A stretch of 64,000 nt of DNA from Patescibacteria group bacterium (GTDB taxonomy: Bacteria; Patescibacteriota; WWE3; UBA101185; UBA10185): positions 324,023 through 388,022 of the forward strand of contig JBMORU010000001.1 of assembly GCA_049322215.1 (NCBI GenBank), written 5' to 3'. Position numbers and translations under genes: made by a program. The notes below the pieces were generated by a model. That model did no database searches. It worked only from the letters and a program-made list of their open reading frames with translations, and was not told the origin of the DNA. Below, piece by piece: positions 38,709 to 47,408 of the stretch. Positions within the stretch are counted from its first letter, which is position 1. The number at the start of each line of letters is the position of its first letter.

Positions 38709-38930
38709 TTAGTCGTTTACTATTGTCATAGTAACTTCTTTAGAATCGCATTTCATGCATTGAAAGTTTTCACCGGGTTTTAAACAAGAAGGACACATAT
38801 ACATTTCGTTTTCGTATATAAGTTCATCTTGACTGCAATGATTGCATAAAAAAACCACATCGTCTCTTTCAAGTTCCCCACAGTTAGGGCAAGTAAATAC
38901 GGCATTTTCATGGTGTTGAGTATCAGTCAT
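38709..38930 (-). CDS. Small protein with four CxxC motifs (double zinc ribbon)
   Basis: CPNC, CNHC, CPSC, CMKC; TACGAT lies 6 nt before the ATG. Confidence 0.8.
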   Translation of the reverse strand: MTDTQHHENAVFTCPNCGELERDDVVFLCNHCSQDELIYENEMYMCPSCLKPGENFQCMKCDSKEVTMTIVND

Positions 38931-38997
38931 AAATAAATCGTATCATATTGACATTAGAAATCTAGTAAGATAACAAAATTTTTGTTAATCTAATTGT

Positions 38998-39174
38998 ATG
39001 ACTGTAGCAGAAATTGCTTTGTACATTTATTTAGGTATCGGTCTCATTTATGGTCTTTACATTTTGGTTAATGGCCTAGATAGATGGTATGTTTTTCCTA
39101 TTAATGTTTTAGGGGGTCCTATTGCTTTGATTTATATTGTTTATTTGGCTCTTGCCAACAAAATGCCTAAGTAG
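38998..39174 (+). CDS. 58-aa two-TM membrane protein (absent from the ORF track)
   Basis: MTVAEIALYIYLGIGLIYGLYILVNGLDRWYVFPINVLGGPIALIYIVYLALANKMPK; TGt-TAATCT lies 6 nt before the ATG; stops 6 nt before the HAD gene. Confidence 0.75.
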   Translation: MTVAEIALYIYLGIGLIYGLYILVNGLDRWYVFPINVLGGPIALIYIVYLALANKMPK

Positions 39175-39180
39175 GTAACT

Positions 39181-39912
39181 ATGTATAAAAATACTTTTTC
39201 AAACAAAAAAGCAGCAATATTTGATTTAGACGGTACTTTGGTAGATACCGAGAGTTACTGGAAGCGTGCTTTTTTAGCAGTTGCCAATACTTTGACCGGA
39301 TATTGGGTGTATCCTGAAGGTAAAGAGTTTTCAGGGTATTCAATGATAGATAAATGGGAACATGCTATAAGAGAGCAACCCCGAGAGGTAAATATTACAC
39401 TAGGTGAGTTGGTAGAAAAAACTAATCAAAAGTTTTTACAAATGCTTCCTGACGATTTTGATGTAAAAGATGGCTTTTGGCCTTTAACAGTTAAACTAAA
39501 AGATGAACGTGGCTTTAAACTGGGCTTAGTTACAAACACTTATAGAGAAGTAGCTAATGAAATATTAAACAAGCTTGGTATAAAACAAACTTTTGATGTG
39601 GTTATTTGTGGTGATGAGGTAGATGTTAGAAAACCAAATCCAGAAATTTATAAATTAGCTTCGGAAAAATTAAAAATTAACCCTAAACATATGATTGCCT
39701 TTGAAGACTCTGTTGCAGGAGCTACCGCTGCTTCGCGTGCCGGATTGCAAACCATAGTCATTTGGGATGGTATCAACTCTCAAGATGATTATCCTGAGTC
39801 TGTAGTTGATTTCTTACCTGACTTTACACCCATAACAAATGAGGTCATTGATAATACAACTATGGATATTTTAACTAAAGCAAAAGAGTTATTAAGCGGG
39901 AATAGCAATTAG
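39181..39912 (+). CDS. HAD-superfamily phosphatase (beta-PGM-like)
   Basis: IFDLDGTLVDTE, VTN, KPNPEIY, FEDS..G..AA..AG. Confidence 0.92.
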   Translation: MYKNTFSNKKAAIFDLDGTLVDTESYWKRAFLAVANTLTGYWVYPEGKEFSGYSMIDKWEHAIREQPREVNITLGELVEKTNQKFLQMLPDDFDVKDGFWPLTVKLKDERGFKLGLVTNTYREVANEILNKLGIKQTFDVVICGDEVDVRKPNPEIYKLASEKLKINPKHMIAFEDSVAGATAASRAGLQTIVIWDGINSQDDYPESVVDFLPDFTPITNEVIDNTTMDILTKAKELLSGNSN

Positions 39913-39938
39913 CTAATTAAAAAGTAAGTTATTAGTGT

Positions 39939-40307
39939 TTATCTAACGCCTACAAGTTCGCTAGCAGCAACTTCAACATCTGCTTCTTCGGTTAAGGTTT
40001 CAATATCAAAGTCTGTGAATTTAATTAACACCTCATCAACTGTAGTTAATACAGGACCAGTTTTTGCCCAACCTACCATTTCCCACAGAACTTTTCTATC
40101 ACCTTCAAAAACAGCTTCTATATGCGTTTCAGAGTGGTGATGAATTACATGAGTAGTTAAACCTAAGGCTCTAGCTTTTCTTAATATATCTGTGTGCACA
40201 ATGCCTCTTTTAACTTTTTTTGTAACGCTTCCCATTGTTTTATCTATGAGATTTGTTTTGGGATCATCAAGCTTAATATTAAGATGTAATTTTTTTACGT
40301 TTTTCAT
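39939..40307 (-). CDS. Acylphosphatase-fold protein, catalytic motif degenerate
   Basis: A..LGL...V......IEAVFEG.....EM..W...GP....V..V matches the AcyP C-terminal half; VQGVGFR and the catalytic Asn are absent. Confidence 0.65.
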   Translation of the reverse strand: MKNVKKLHLNIKLDDPKTNLIDKTMGSVTKKVKRGIVHTDILRKARALGLTTHVIHHHSETHIEAVFEGDRKVLWEMVGWAKTGPVLTTVDEVLIKFTDFDIETLTEEADVEVAASELVGVR

Positions 40308-40374
40308 AAATTTATATGCCTCTAACGCGACAGACCACAATACCAGAAATATCATTTAGTGTCAACCCTGGTTT

Positions 40375-41514
40375 TTAGTTTTGTGTTTTTGGAAATTCGT
40401 AAACAATATGTCTAACCTTTTTGTTTAGATCTTCAAGTGAGCCTTTATTCACAATTCTTATGTGGGGAACAGTTGCGTATTCACGTGCGTCAATGTCTCT
40501 TTCAACTGTAGCAGGAGTAGCTTCGCTTGTGTCTCTTTCTTCGTATTCAGGAGATGCAGGAGAAATTCCTTTTTCTACAACATCTAGTGTGGCAGCTAGT
40601 GTTTCCATTGCAATTTCTTCTTCTGATCTTATTCTTGCCAAGGCATTTTCTTTGGTAGTCACTACGTCAATATAAGTAACATTCATTTCTTCCGGAGGGG
40701 TGTTTAGTTTTTCTGCAACTTTTGCTACAGCGGCTTGTCTTTTACCTTCGGTTAAGTTTGTTGCATCTAAAATTGCCATTCCACCTTGTTCTAGCACTTG
40801 CGCTGCATTTGCATACACTAAATCATAAACTTCTTCTCTACGCTCAGCAGAGTAAAGGCGCTTATTAACTTCGTTGTTAAAAGCTTTTTGAGAAATTTTG
40901 GTAGGGTATCCGGGAACTAATTTTCTTGTTTCTTCTGTTTCGTCTTCTGCAAAGGCTAAATTTAATTCACCGTTTTGGAGCTCTTGCGCTATCTCTTGCA
41001 AAACATCAAGCTTTACTAAGTTTCTTAAATTGTCTGTATTAACGTGATCCACATATAAATCAGGGTTTTCTTCGTTAAGTTTTTGCACTAGCGCTTTTGA
41101 TACACTTCCCTTTCCCGCACGTGGGGGTCCAAATATAATAACTAATTGGTTTCCTTCTGGTTTCAGTTTTTCACTTGGTTTTAACAATTCAGGGGGGATT
41201 CCAAGTTCACGGGATTCTAAAAAGTCTCTGATTTCTTGCGGGGGTCTGCCTTGTGCAACCATTTCATCATAAGCAGTATTTATTTCGTTAGCTTCGTCCC
41301 ACAACTCGTCTCTTAGTTTTATATAGTCATATGCGTCTTCAATTGTTTCTATATCTTCATCATCTAAATGTTTAATTACTTCATGTACTGTAAAAGCTGC
41401 CTGTTCTTTACTTTCACCCTTTTCTATTACATCGTCGTAAATACTATTTATTTCATTTGCTTCATCAAATAAATCAGGATCAATTTCACTTATTGGGGTG
41501 TAGCCTTCTGCCAT
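40375..41514 (-). CDS. P-loop kinase (AAA_33-like) with an acidic repeated N-terminal extension
   Basis: IIFGPPRAGKGS, TD.LR, ILDATNL....R, A..RI, DTSEA. Confidence 0.8.
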   Translation of the reverse strand: MAEGYTPISEIDPDLFDEANEINSIYDDVIEKGESKEQAAFTVHEVIKHLDDEDIETIEDAYDYIKLRDELWDEANEINTAYDEMVAQGRPPQEIRDFLESRELGIPPELLKPSEKLKPEGNQLVIIFGPPRAGKGSVSKALVQKLNEENPDLYVDHVNTDNLRNLVKLDVLQEIAQELQNGELNLAFAEDETEETRKLVPGYPTKISQKAFNNEVNKRLYSAERREEVYDLVYANAAQVLEQGGMAILDATNLTEGKRQAAVAKVAEKLNTPPEEMNVTYIDVVTTKENALARIRSEEEIAMETLAATLDVVEKGISPASPEYEERDTSEATPATVERDIDAREYATVPHIRIVNKGSLEDLNKKVRHIVYEFPKTQN

Positions 41515-41614
41515 ATAACAAATGGTAGACTACATTTTCCTTTAAAACCAGCCACAAACTTTTTATTAAAAAAAAGTATGTTACAATGAGCGGTGATTGG
41601 AGGAAAGTAAAATT

Positions 41615-43096
41615 ATGAATAAAGGATTAAACTATTTAAAATCTGGAGAGATTTTTTCAGGTGATGTAAAAATTATTAAAAAGGCCAAACCAGGTCCAGT
41701 TGTTTTTATTGTAACAAATGGTGCAGGTGCTATTGAAGCTGTTATTAAAGACTCTGACTTTGAAGTGGGAGATGTTGTGTTTTTAAAAGGTCATGTAAAC
41801 GAGCATAGAGGTAGACTACAAATTGAAATCGAAAAAATAACCAAATCTGATATGGATTTTGACACAATTGTTAATGAAAAAGCTAAACCTGTAAGAACTG
41901 AATTTAGTATTGAATCAGACAGATACGAAAAAATGAAACCTGTAATGATCAAAATAGCAACTCGTATAAGACGTGCTATTTTAGAAGGCCAGCCTATTAT
42001 GATACGCCATCACAATGATGCGGATGGGATTACATCAGGAGCTAGTATTGAGCACGCATGTTTAGGATTTATGCAATCTTTAGGTATAGATTCAAGATAC
42101 TTACTATTTAGAAGTCCTTCACGTGCTCCTTTTTACGCTGCGGGTGATGTTTTAAGAGATTTAGTTCTTTCTAAGCGCTTTGTAGAGGGTGATTCAAATA
42201 TTAAACCTTTAATTATTGTTGCAGACAATGGTTCTACTCCCGAAGATGTAATGGGTTTGAAAACACTAAAAACTTTGGGATACGAAGCAATGGTTATTGA
42301 TCATCATAATCCTGTTGTGTTAAATAATGGTGTTACAGCTATTGATGATTATGTTTCATTACATTTAAACCCATATAAACATGATTTAGACAGCAAAACG
42401 TCTGCAGGAATGCTTTGTTACGAAATAGCACGTTTTGTTTATGAAGACTTTAACAACGAAAAGATGCCCGCAGTTGCAGGAATTGCTGACAGATGTGATA
42501 TAGAAGAAACAGAAAAATATATTCAAAAAACGGGTTTATCTAGAGAAGAATTATCAAAAATTGGTACCGCAATGGACTACATTTCTTACCAACTCAGGCA
42601 TGATGCAGGAAAAGGTGTTTACGAGGAACTTTATGAAAATATGGGTTTTGTAAACATAATTAACGAAGAAGTTAGAAAAGGTTCTGAGAACCAATTACAA
42701 AGTACATTACCTTACTTACGTACCTTTAATATTAACGAAATAATCTTTTCTACAATTGACTTAGAAAAGTACACTATGCGCTTTACGTTTCCGGCTCCGG
42801 GTGGTGTTTTAAGCAGAATTCATGAAATAGTAAATTCTAACAATGAATCTAGTCCTGTGCTAACAATGGGTTATTTGTCGGATATGATTATTGTGCGTGC
42901 AAATCAGCCTATTTTACCGGTTCAAGTTATTATTGATCACTTAAAAGAAAAGTTTCCCGCAGCAAATGTAGATGGTGGGGGTCACGAAATGGCTGGAGCT
43001 ATTAAGTTTGTTAGTGCCCATCAAGAAGAGATTTTAGAGGAAATTAAAGAAATGTTAAAAGGTGTTACTTTACCTAAGGCTGATTCTGAAATTTAA
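41615..43096 (+). CDS. OB-fold + DHH phosphoesterase, archaeal RecJ-like (COG1107/HAN-type)
   Basis: RHHNDADG, R.PSRAPFY...D..RD, DNGST.ED, IDHH, GGGH..AG; SD GGAGG favours the ATG at 41615. Confidence 0.85.
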   Translation: MNKGLNYLKSGEIFSGDVKIIKKAKPGPVVFIVTNGAGAIEAVIKDSDFEVGDVVFLKGHVNEHRGRLQIEIEKITKSDMDFDTIVNEKAKPVRTEFSIESDRYEKMKPVMIKIATRIRRAILEGQPIMIRHHNDADGITSGASIEHACLGFMQSLGIDSRYLLFRSPSRAPFYAAGDVLRDLVLSKRFVEGDSNIKPLIIVADNGSTPEDVMGLKTLKTLGYEAMVIDHHNPVVLNNGVTAIDDYVSLHLNPYKHDLDSKTSAGMLCYEIARFVYEDFNNEKMPAVAGIADRCDIEETEKYIQKTGLSREELSKIGTAMDYISYQLRHDAGKGVYEELYENMGFVNIINEEVRKGSENQLQSTLPYLRTFNINEIIFSTIDLEKYTMRFTFPAPGGVLSRIHEIVNSNNESSPVLTMGYLSDMIIVRANQPILPVQVIIDHLKEKFPAANVDGGGHEMAGAIKFVSAHQEEILEEIKEMLKGVTLPKADSEI

Positions 43097-43107
43097 CCTT
43101 TAGGTTT

Positions 43108-43155
43108 AAAAAAAAACCAAGTTGACAAAATATTTTGTTTATATTGCCAACTTGG
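43108..43155 (-). terminator. Intrinsic terminator for the minus-strand ORF
   Basis: ccaagttgacaa ... ttgccaacttgg with an adjacent A9 run on the plus strand. Confidence 0.75.
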
Positions 43156-43166
43156 GTACGTGTTAC

Positions 43167-43613
43167 TTAAAACCCAGGAATTTCAATAAGCATGCTTAAC
43201 CCATAGGTTCCGAGTACGATGTAGGCTAGTGTTTCAGGCATTTGGATTAAGAACTCAATAAAGGTGACGATCGCTATAACCACAACGCCCTGTTTGTCTA
43301 GCAATGTTTCAAGCTCAGTTGGAGGTTGCAGCGCACCTGTAAAGTAGCTTATTACGATCACAATTAGCACCGCGGCATACCAAAGGTATTTATGTGAACG
43401 CACTTCTCTACTTACGAACTCACCAAACAGAATTACCGAGCCGAAGGTTACTACCGCTGGTTCTAATGGGTGTAGCACTCCTGGAGTCTGTGCCAATACG
43501 ATTAGAAACAGAGCTGGAACGATATATAAGATATCTTTTGGCATAAAAACCGTTTTTCCTGCTGGCCAAACTATACGTTTATACGAATTAGTCGGGATTT
43601 GTTTGTTGCTCAT
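43167..43613 (-). CDS. Multi-TM hypothetical membrane protein
   Basis: 4-5 hydrophobic segments; SD AAGGAG; promoter TTTACA-17-TATAAT (43680-43652). Confidence 0.8.
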   Translation of the reverse strand: MSNKQIPTNSYKRIVWPAGKTVFMPKDILYIVPALFLIVLAQTPGVLHPLEPAVVTFGSVILFGEFVSREVRSHKYLWYAAVLIVIVISYFTGALQPPTELETLLDKQGVVVIAIVTFIEFLIQMPETLAYIVLGTYGLSMLIEIPGF

Positions 43614-43732
43614 ATTATTTATCTCCTTACTCTGACCAATATTTGCATCAAATTATACATCAGTTGACCTATAGTGTAAATACTGTCGTTTATGTTATTT
43701 TCAACTAAGTTGTTTGTGATACTATATCTCCA

Positions 43733-44077
43733 ATGCAAAGCCTTAAAGAAACTATTGAGTATGAAGATTTCGCCAAACTCGACATTCGGGTTGGTACCAT
43801 TGTCTCGGTAGAACCTGTTGAAGGATCTAGTAAACTTTTGAAATTACAGGTTAATTTTGGTGAAGAAGAAAGACAAATATTAACCGGAATGCAAAAGTGG
43901 TACAAACCGGAAGATTTCGAAGGAAAACAGTCTTTATTTATTGTTAACTTAGCTCCTCGCAAAATGATGGGTTTGGAATCGCAGGGTATGTTGCTTTCGA
44001 TTGGATCTGATTTTAGTAAAAAACCCATATTAATTCTTCCTAGTAATCCTGCTGAGAACGGCGACGGCGTTGCTTAG
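43733..44077 (+). CDS. Stand-alone tRNA-binding OB domain (Trbp111/CsaA/MetRS C-terminal-like)
   Basis: EDFAKLDIRVG.I..VE....S.KLL.L.V.FG...RQI, NL.PRKM.G.ESQGMLL. Confidence 0.92.
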   Translation: MQSLKETIEYEDFAKLDIRVGTIVSVEPVEGSSKLLKLQVNFGEEERQILTGMQKWYKPEDFEGKQSLFIVNLAPRKMMGLESQGMLLSIGSDFSKKPILILPSNPAENGDGVA

Positions 44078-44136
44078 TGACACCCCATAGTATATAATAC
44101 TCGTACAAAACACAAATCTATAAAAAGGAGGGTAAC

Positions 44137-44727
44137 ATGACGTTACTGCTGTATATTTTAGTCGCCTTCTTCTTAGTTCGTTTTTTTGTTTGGTTTTACT
44201 TGCAAACGCTTATTGCTGAACTAGAAAAAATAGTTGAGGATATTAACGAAAATTTTAGTCCTTACTATTGGGAGGCAATAAAAAATTACCACTTACATGC
44301 AGAAGCTGGTGAAAAAGCACTAAAGCGAGCCTTTAGAGATATTGATGATATTGATGAGGCTGCAACTCAGGCTTTTGGTTATCATATTAAACAACTACGA
44401 AGTTTGAGTGATGTACGCTTTTATATAAAAAGTGAGGCCAAAGCAAGAAAACTTCAAAAGCAAGGTACTTCTTTATATGTTAAGGCTTTGCCTTGTGCTG
44501 CGTTTTTGCATTTAGGTTCCTATGGTGGAAAATTAACCGATTATTTTGTGCGCAGAAAAATTACAAATGTCGGGTACTATAAAAATCAAATGGGATCTTA
44601 CCTAATTGCAGCAGAGCAATTTAGAGGTAGTTTAATTGTAAACGATATAAAGTGGTATCAAGCATTAGCTATGCTAGAAAGCCGACTAGCTGCGTTAAAA
44701 GCTGCTAAAATATTTTTTATCATTTAG
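44137..44727 (+). CDS. Hypothetical protein with N-terminal TM
   Basis: SD AAGGAGG; promoter TTGCTT-17-TATAAT; hairpin terminator downstream. Confidence 0.75.
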   Translation: MTLLLYILVAFFLVRFFVWFYLQTLIAELEKIVEDINENFSPYYWEAIKNYHLHAEAGEKALKRAFRDIDDIDEAATQAFGYHIKQLRSLSDVRFYIKSEAKARKLQKQGTSLYVKALPCAAFLHLGSYGGKLTDYFVRRKITNVGYYKNQMGSYLIAAEQFRGSLIVNDIKWYQALAMLESRLAALKAAKIFFII

Positions 44728-44776
44728 GGTTTTACTTGTATGCCTACATGTCATATAAGTTTAACCCTTTTCTTTT
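44726..44776 (+). terminator. Intrinsic terminator
   Basis: agggttttacttgtatg ... catataagtttaaccct followed by tttctttt. Confidence 0.7.
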
Positions 44777-44791
44777 GTTATAATGCAACTC

Positions 44792-46000
44792 ATGGCAAGT
44801 TATGCTCCAAAAAAATATTTAATAGAAACGCTTGGATGTCAGGCTAACGTGGCGGACTCTAACACAATGACTGGAATTTTAGATTCTCTTGGATTTGAGC
44901 CTGCAACGTCATTTGATGAAACAGACTTATTTATTGTAAACACGTGTTCTGTAAGGCAAAAAAGTGAGGATAAGGCCTATGGAATGGGAAAAAAGGTTTT
45001 AAAACGTCAGCGTGAAAAAGGTAACAAACCTTTTACTATTATGTCTGGCTGTATGGTTGGTTCTGTAACAGGTGATAGGCAACGCTATGAATTCGAAGAA
45101 CTTCAAAAACGTACTCCCTGGGTAGATGCATATATGAACCCTTCGCAACTTATGGATTTGCCCAGAGTGTTAAAAGAGGGAAATATGTTAAGTGAATGGG
45201 CTTTACAAAAGTTTGACCCAAACAATGTAATTGCTAGTCAATCTGACAATAGGCATGCTTTTGTAAATATATCATCAGGCTGCGACAATTTTTGCACATT
45301 TTGCGTGGTTCCTTACGCCAGGGGACAGGAAACATCAAGGAAAAAAGAACACATTATAGGAGAAATCAAACACCTATTAAAGCGTGATATAACAACAATA
45401 ACTTTATGTGGTCAAAATGTAAATTCTTGGGGTTTAGATATGTCTGAAAAGTTTAATATTCGTACTGGAAGTGATCAAAAGCTTCCTTTTGCACAGTTGC
45501 TTAGGGAAGTGCATGAACTTCCAAACATAGAAAAAATCGATTTTATTTCCTCAAACCCGTTTGATTTCACAAAAGACTTAATTGAAACTTTAAAATTACC
45601 TAAAATTTCAGACTATCTTCATATTGCGGTTCAGTCTGGGAATAACGACGTCTTAAAAAGAATGAATAGAAGACATACTGTAGAGGAATTTATTGCCTTA
45701 ATGGATTTGATAAAAGAAGCAAAGCCTACTGTAGAACTTGGCACAGATGTAATTGTTGGTTTCCCTGGTGAAACCCGCGAACAATTTATGGACACTGTTA
45801 AACTTTTTGAAAAAATTAAATTCAACGTTGCATATATTTCTATATACTCACCAAGAAAAGGTACACCTGCTGAAAAATTTTTTAAGGATGATGTTTCGGT
45901 AGAAGAAAAAAAGTGGCGTCACGCGTATTTAACTGATATTTGGGTTAATAATAAGCCTGAAAGAATTTTCATTAGCAATGAAACAAGTAATATCCAATGA
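44792..46000 (+). CDS. miaB: tRNA methylthiotransferase MiaB (no C-terminal TRAM domain)
   Basis: TLGCQ.N..DS, NTCSVRQ..E.K, radical SAM motif GCDNFCTFCVVP; adjacent to miaA. Confidence 0.9.
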   Translation: MASYAPKKYLIETLGCQANVADSNTMTGILDSLGFEPATSFDETDLFIVNTCSVRQKSEDKAYGMGKKVLKRQREKGNKPFTIMSGCMVGSVTGDRQRYEFEELQKRTPWVDAYMNPSQLMDLPRVLKEGNMLSEWALQKFDPNNVIASQSDNRHAFVNISSGCDNFCTFCVVPYARGQETSRKKEHIIGEIKHLLKRDITTITLCGQNVNSWGLDMSEKFNIRTGSDQKLPFAQLLREVHELPNIEKIDFISSNPFDFTKDLIETLKLPKISDYLHIAVQSGNNDVLKRMNRRHTVEEFIALMDLIKEAKPTVELGTDVIVGFPGETREQFMDTVKLFEKIKFNVAYISIYSPRKGTPAEKFFKDDVSVEEKKWRHAYLTDIWVNNKPERIFISNETSNIQ

Positions 46001-46880
46001 AATAAAGGTTATAGTAGGTCCCACTTCTAGTGGCAAGACTTCCCTAGCTATAAAAATTGCAAAAGAGCAAGGAAACACTTCTATAGTTTCGGCGGATTCA
46101 CGTCAAATATATAAACATATGGATATAGGTACAGGTAAAGTACCTGTTGACGCAAGTTACCCTTGGGAGAAAAAAGCAGATAAGTATGTTTTAAATGGCA
46201 TTGATGTTTGGGGCTATGATTTGGCTTTGCCTGACGAACCTTTTACAGCAGTAGATTATGCTAAGTATGCCTTAACAAAAATGAGGGAGTTGTTGAATTC
46301 TGGCGAGAGAGTGTTGCTTGTGGGTGGAACTGGGTTTTACATTGATGTTGTATGTAAAAGAATAGTTTTAGATTTGGGCGAACCTGATTTAGAGCTTAGA
46401 AATACCCTTGAAAAACAAGCACTTAAGGATTTAGTGAAAAAGTTAACGTCGTTAAACCCAGAAGTGACTTTTTCTATAGATTTAAAAAACAAAGTTCGGG
46501 TGGTTCGTGCTATTGAGCGAGAGTTAAACAATTCTAACCCCCCTACCCTACTCCCCTATCTTACTAACGTTAATTTTGAATTTTTAGGTTTAACTTTTGA
46601 TCGTGACATTTTATATAAGCGTGCCGATTTATGGCTCGAACAAATTTGGGAAAATGGGCTAATTGATGAAACGCAAAAATTACTTTCAATGGGATTTGAA
46701 AACTCTCGACCTCTTAGGGGATTGATTTATAAAAGTGTGGTTTCTTGTTTAAATGGAGAACTAACTGAAAAGGAAGCTAAGCAGCGTTGCAAGTTTGACT
46801 TGCATGCATACATTAGGCGTCAACAAACTTGGTTTAAACGAAATAATGAAATAGAGTGGAGCGGGACTAATACCCTATAG
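45978..46880 (+). CDS. miaA: tRNA dimethylallyltransferase
   Basis: GPTSSGKT, SADSRQIY..MDIGTGK, VGGTGFYI, Y.RRQ.TWF. Confidence 0.97.
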   Translation: MKQVISNEIKVIVGPTSSGKTSLAIKIAKEQGNTSIVSADSRQIYKHMDIGTGKVPVDASYPWEKKADKYVLNGIDVWGYDLALPDEPFTAVDYAKYALTKMRELLNSGERVLLVGGTGFYIDVVCKRIVLDLGEPDLELRNTLEKQALKDLVKKLTSLNPEVTFSIDLKNKVRVVRAIERELNNSNPPTLLPYLTNVNFEFLGLTFDRDILYKRADLWLEQIWENGLIDETQKLLSMGFENSRPLRGLIYKSVVSCLNGELTEKEAKQRCKFDLHAYIRRQQTWFKRNNEIEWSGTNTL

Positions 46881-46967
46881 TTTACAGATGGGCTTTACTA
46901 TATTATAATAAGTCTTACTGATATCATTTCTGCCACTTACAAATAAAAAAACATAAGGAGATTAAGC

Positions 46968-47297
46968 ATGAAAATCAAACTTCATGGTTCTGACATTGCA
47001 CGAGGTGTTTTTCAAAAGTTAGCCCCAGGTCTTAAATCCCCCTTACCTGCTAAAGGAAAAACATTGCAAATCAACGTTCAGCTCAATGTACGTGAAAAAG
47101 AAGGCAGTCCGGGAGAGTACGAAGTTGTGCTTGAAAATTTACCGTTGCAAAACTTATTGAAGCAAGCGCAACGCGAAGGTGCTGAAAAAGTAATTGCTAT
47201 GCTTGAGACCAAGCGCACGGTAGCATTCGACTCCTGGTTCACAGATGATTCACGAAAAGCTTGGAGTTGGTTCAACGACTGGAAGCCCTTCAAGTAG
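46968..47297 (+). CDS. Hypothetical protein
   Basis: SD AAGGAG; promoter TTTACA-17-TATAAT (46881-46909); terminator downstream. Confidence 0.75.
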   Translation: MKIKLHGSDIARGVFQKLAPGLKSPLPAKGKTLQINVQLNVREKEGSPGEYEVVLENLPLQNLLKQAQREGAEKVIAMLETKRTVAFDSWFTDDSRKAWSWFNDWKPFK

Positions 47298-47308
47298 CCC
47301 ACTATACC

Positions 47309-47365
47309 AAGGGGAATCGGTACTAAGTTAGCTAAAACTAATTTATACCGATTCCTCTTTTTTTT
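47309..47365 (+). terminator. Intrinsic terminator
   Basis: ggggaatcggta ... taccgattcctc followed by T8. Confidence 0.85.
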
Positions 47366-47408
47366 ACTTTAGCTCTACAAACCCTTATAATTCTAGTATT
47401 ATTGAATC

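Noticed and set aside
1903-47365. Integron attC sites at the long hairpins after orphan genes
   Set aside because: They lack paired RYYYAAC/GTTRRRY boxes, are not arrayed, and no integron integrase is present; they fit terminators better
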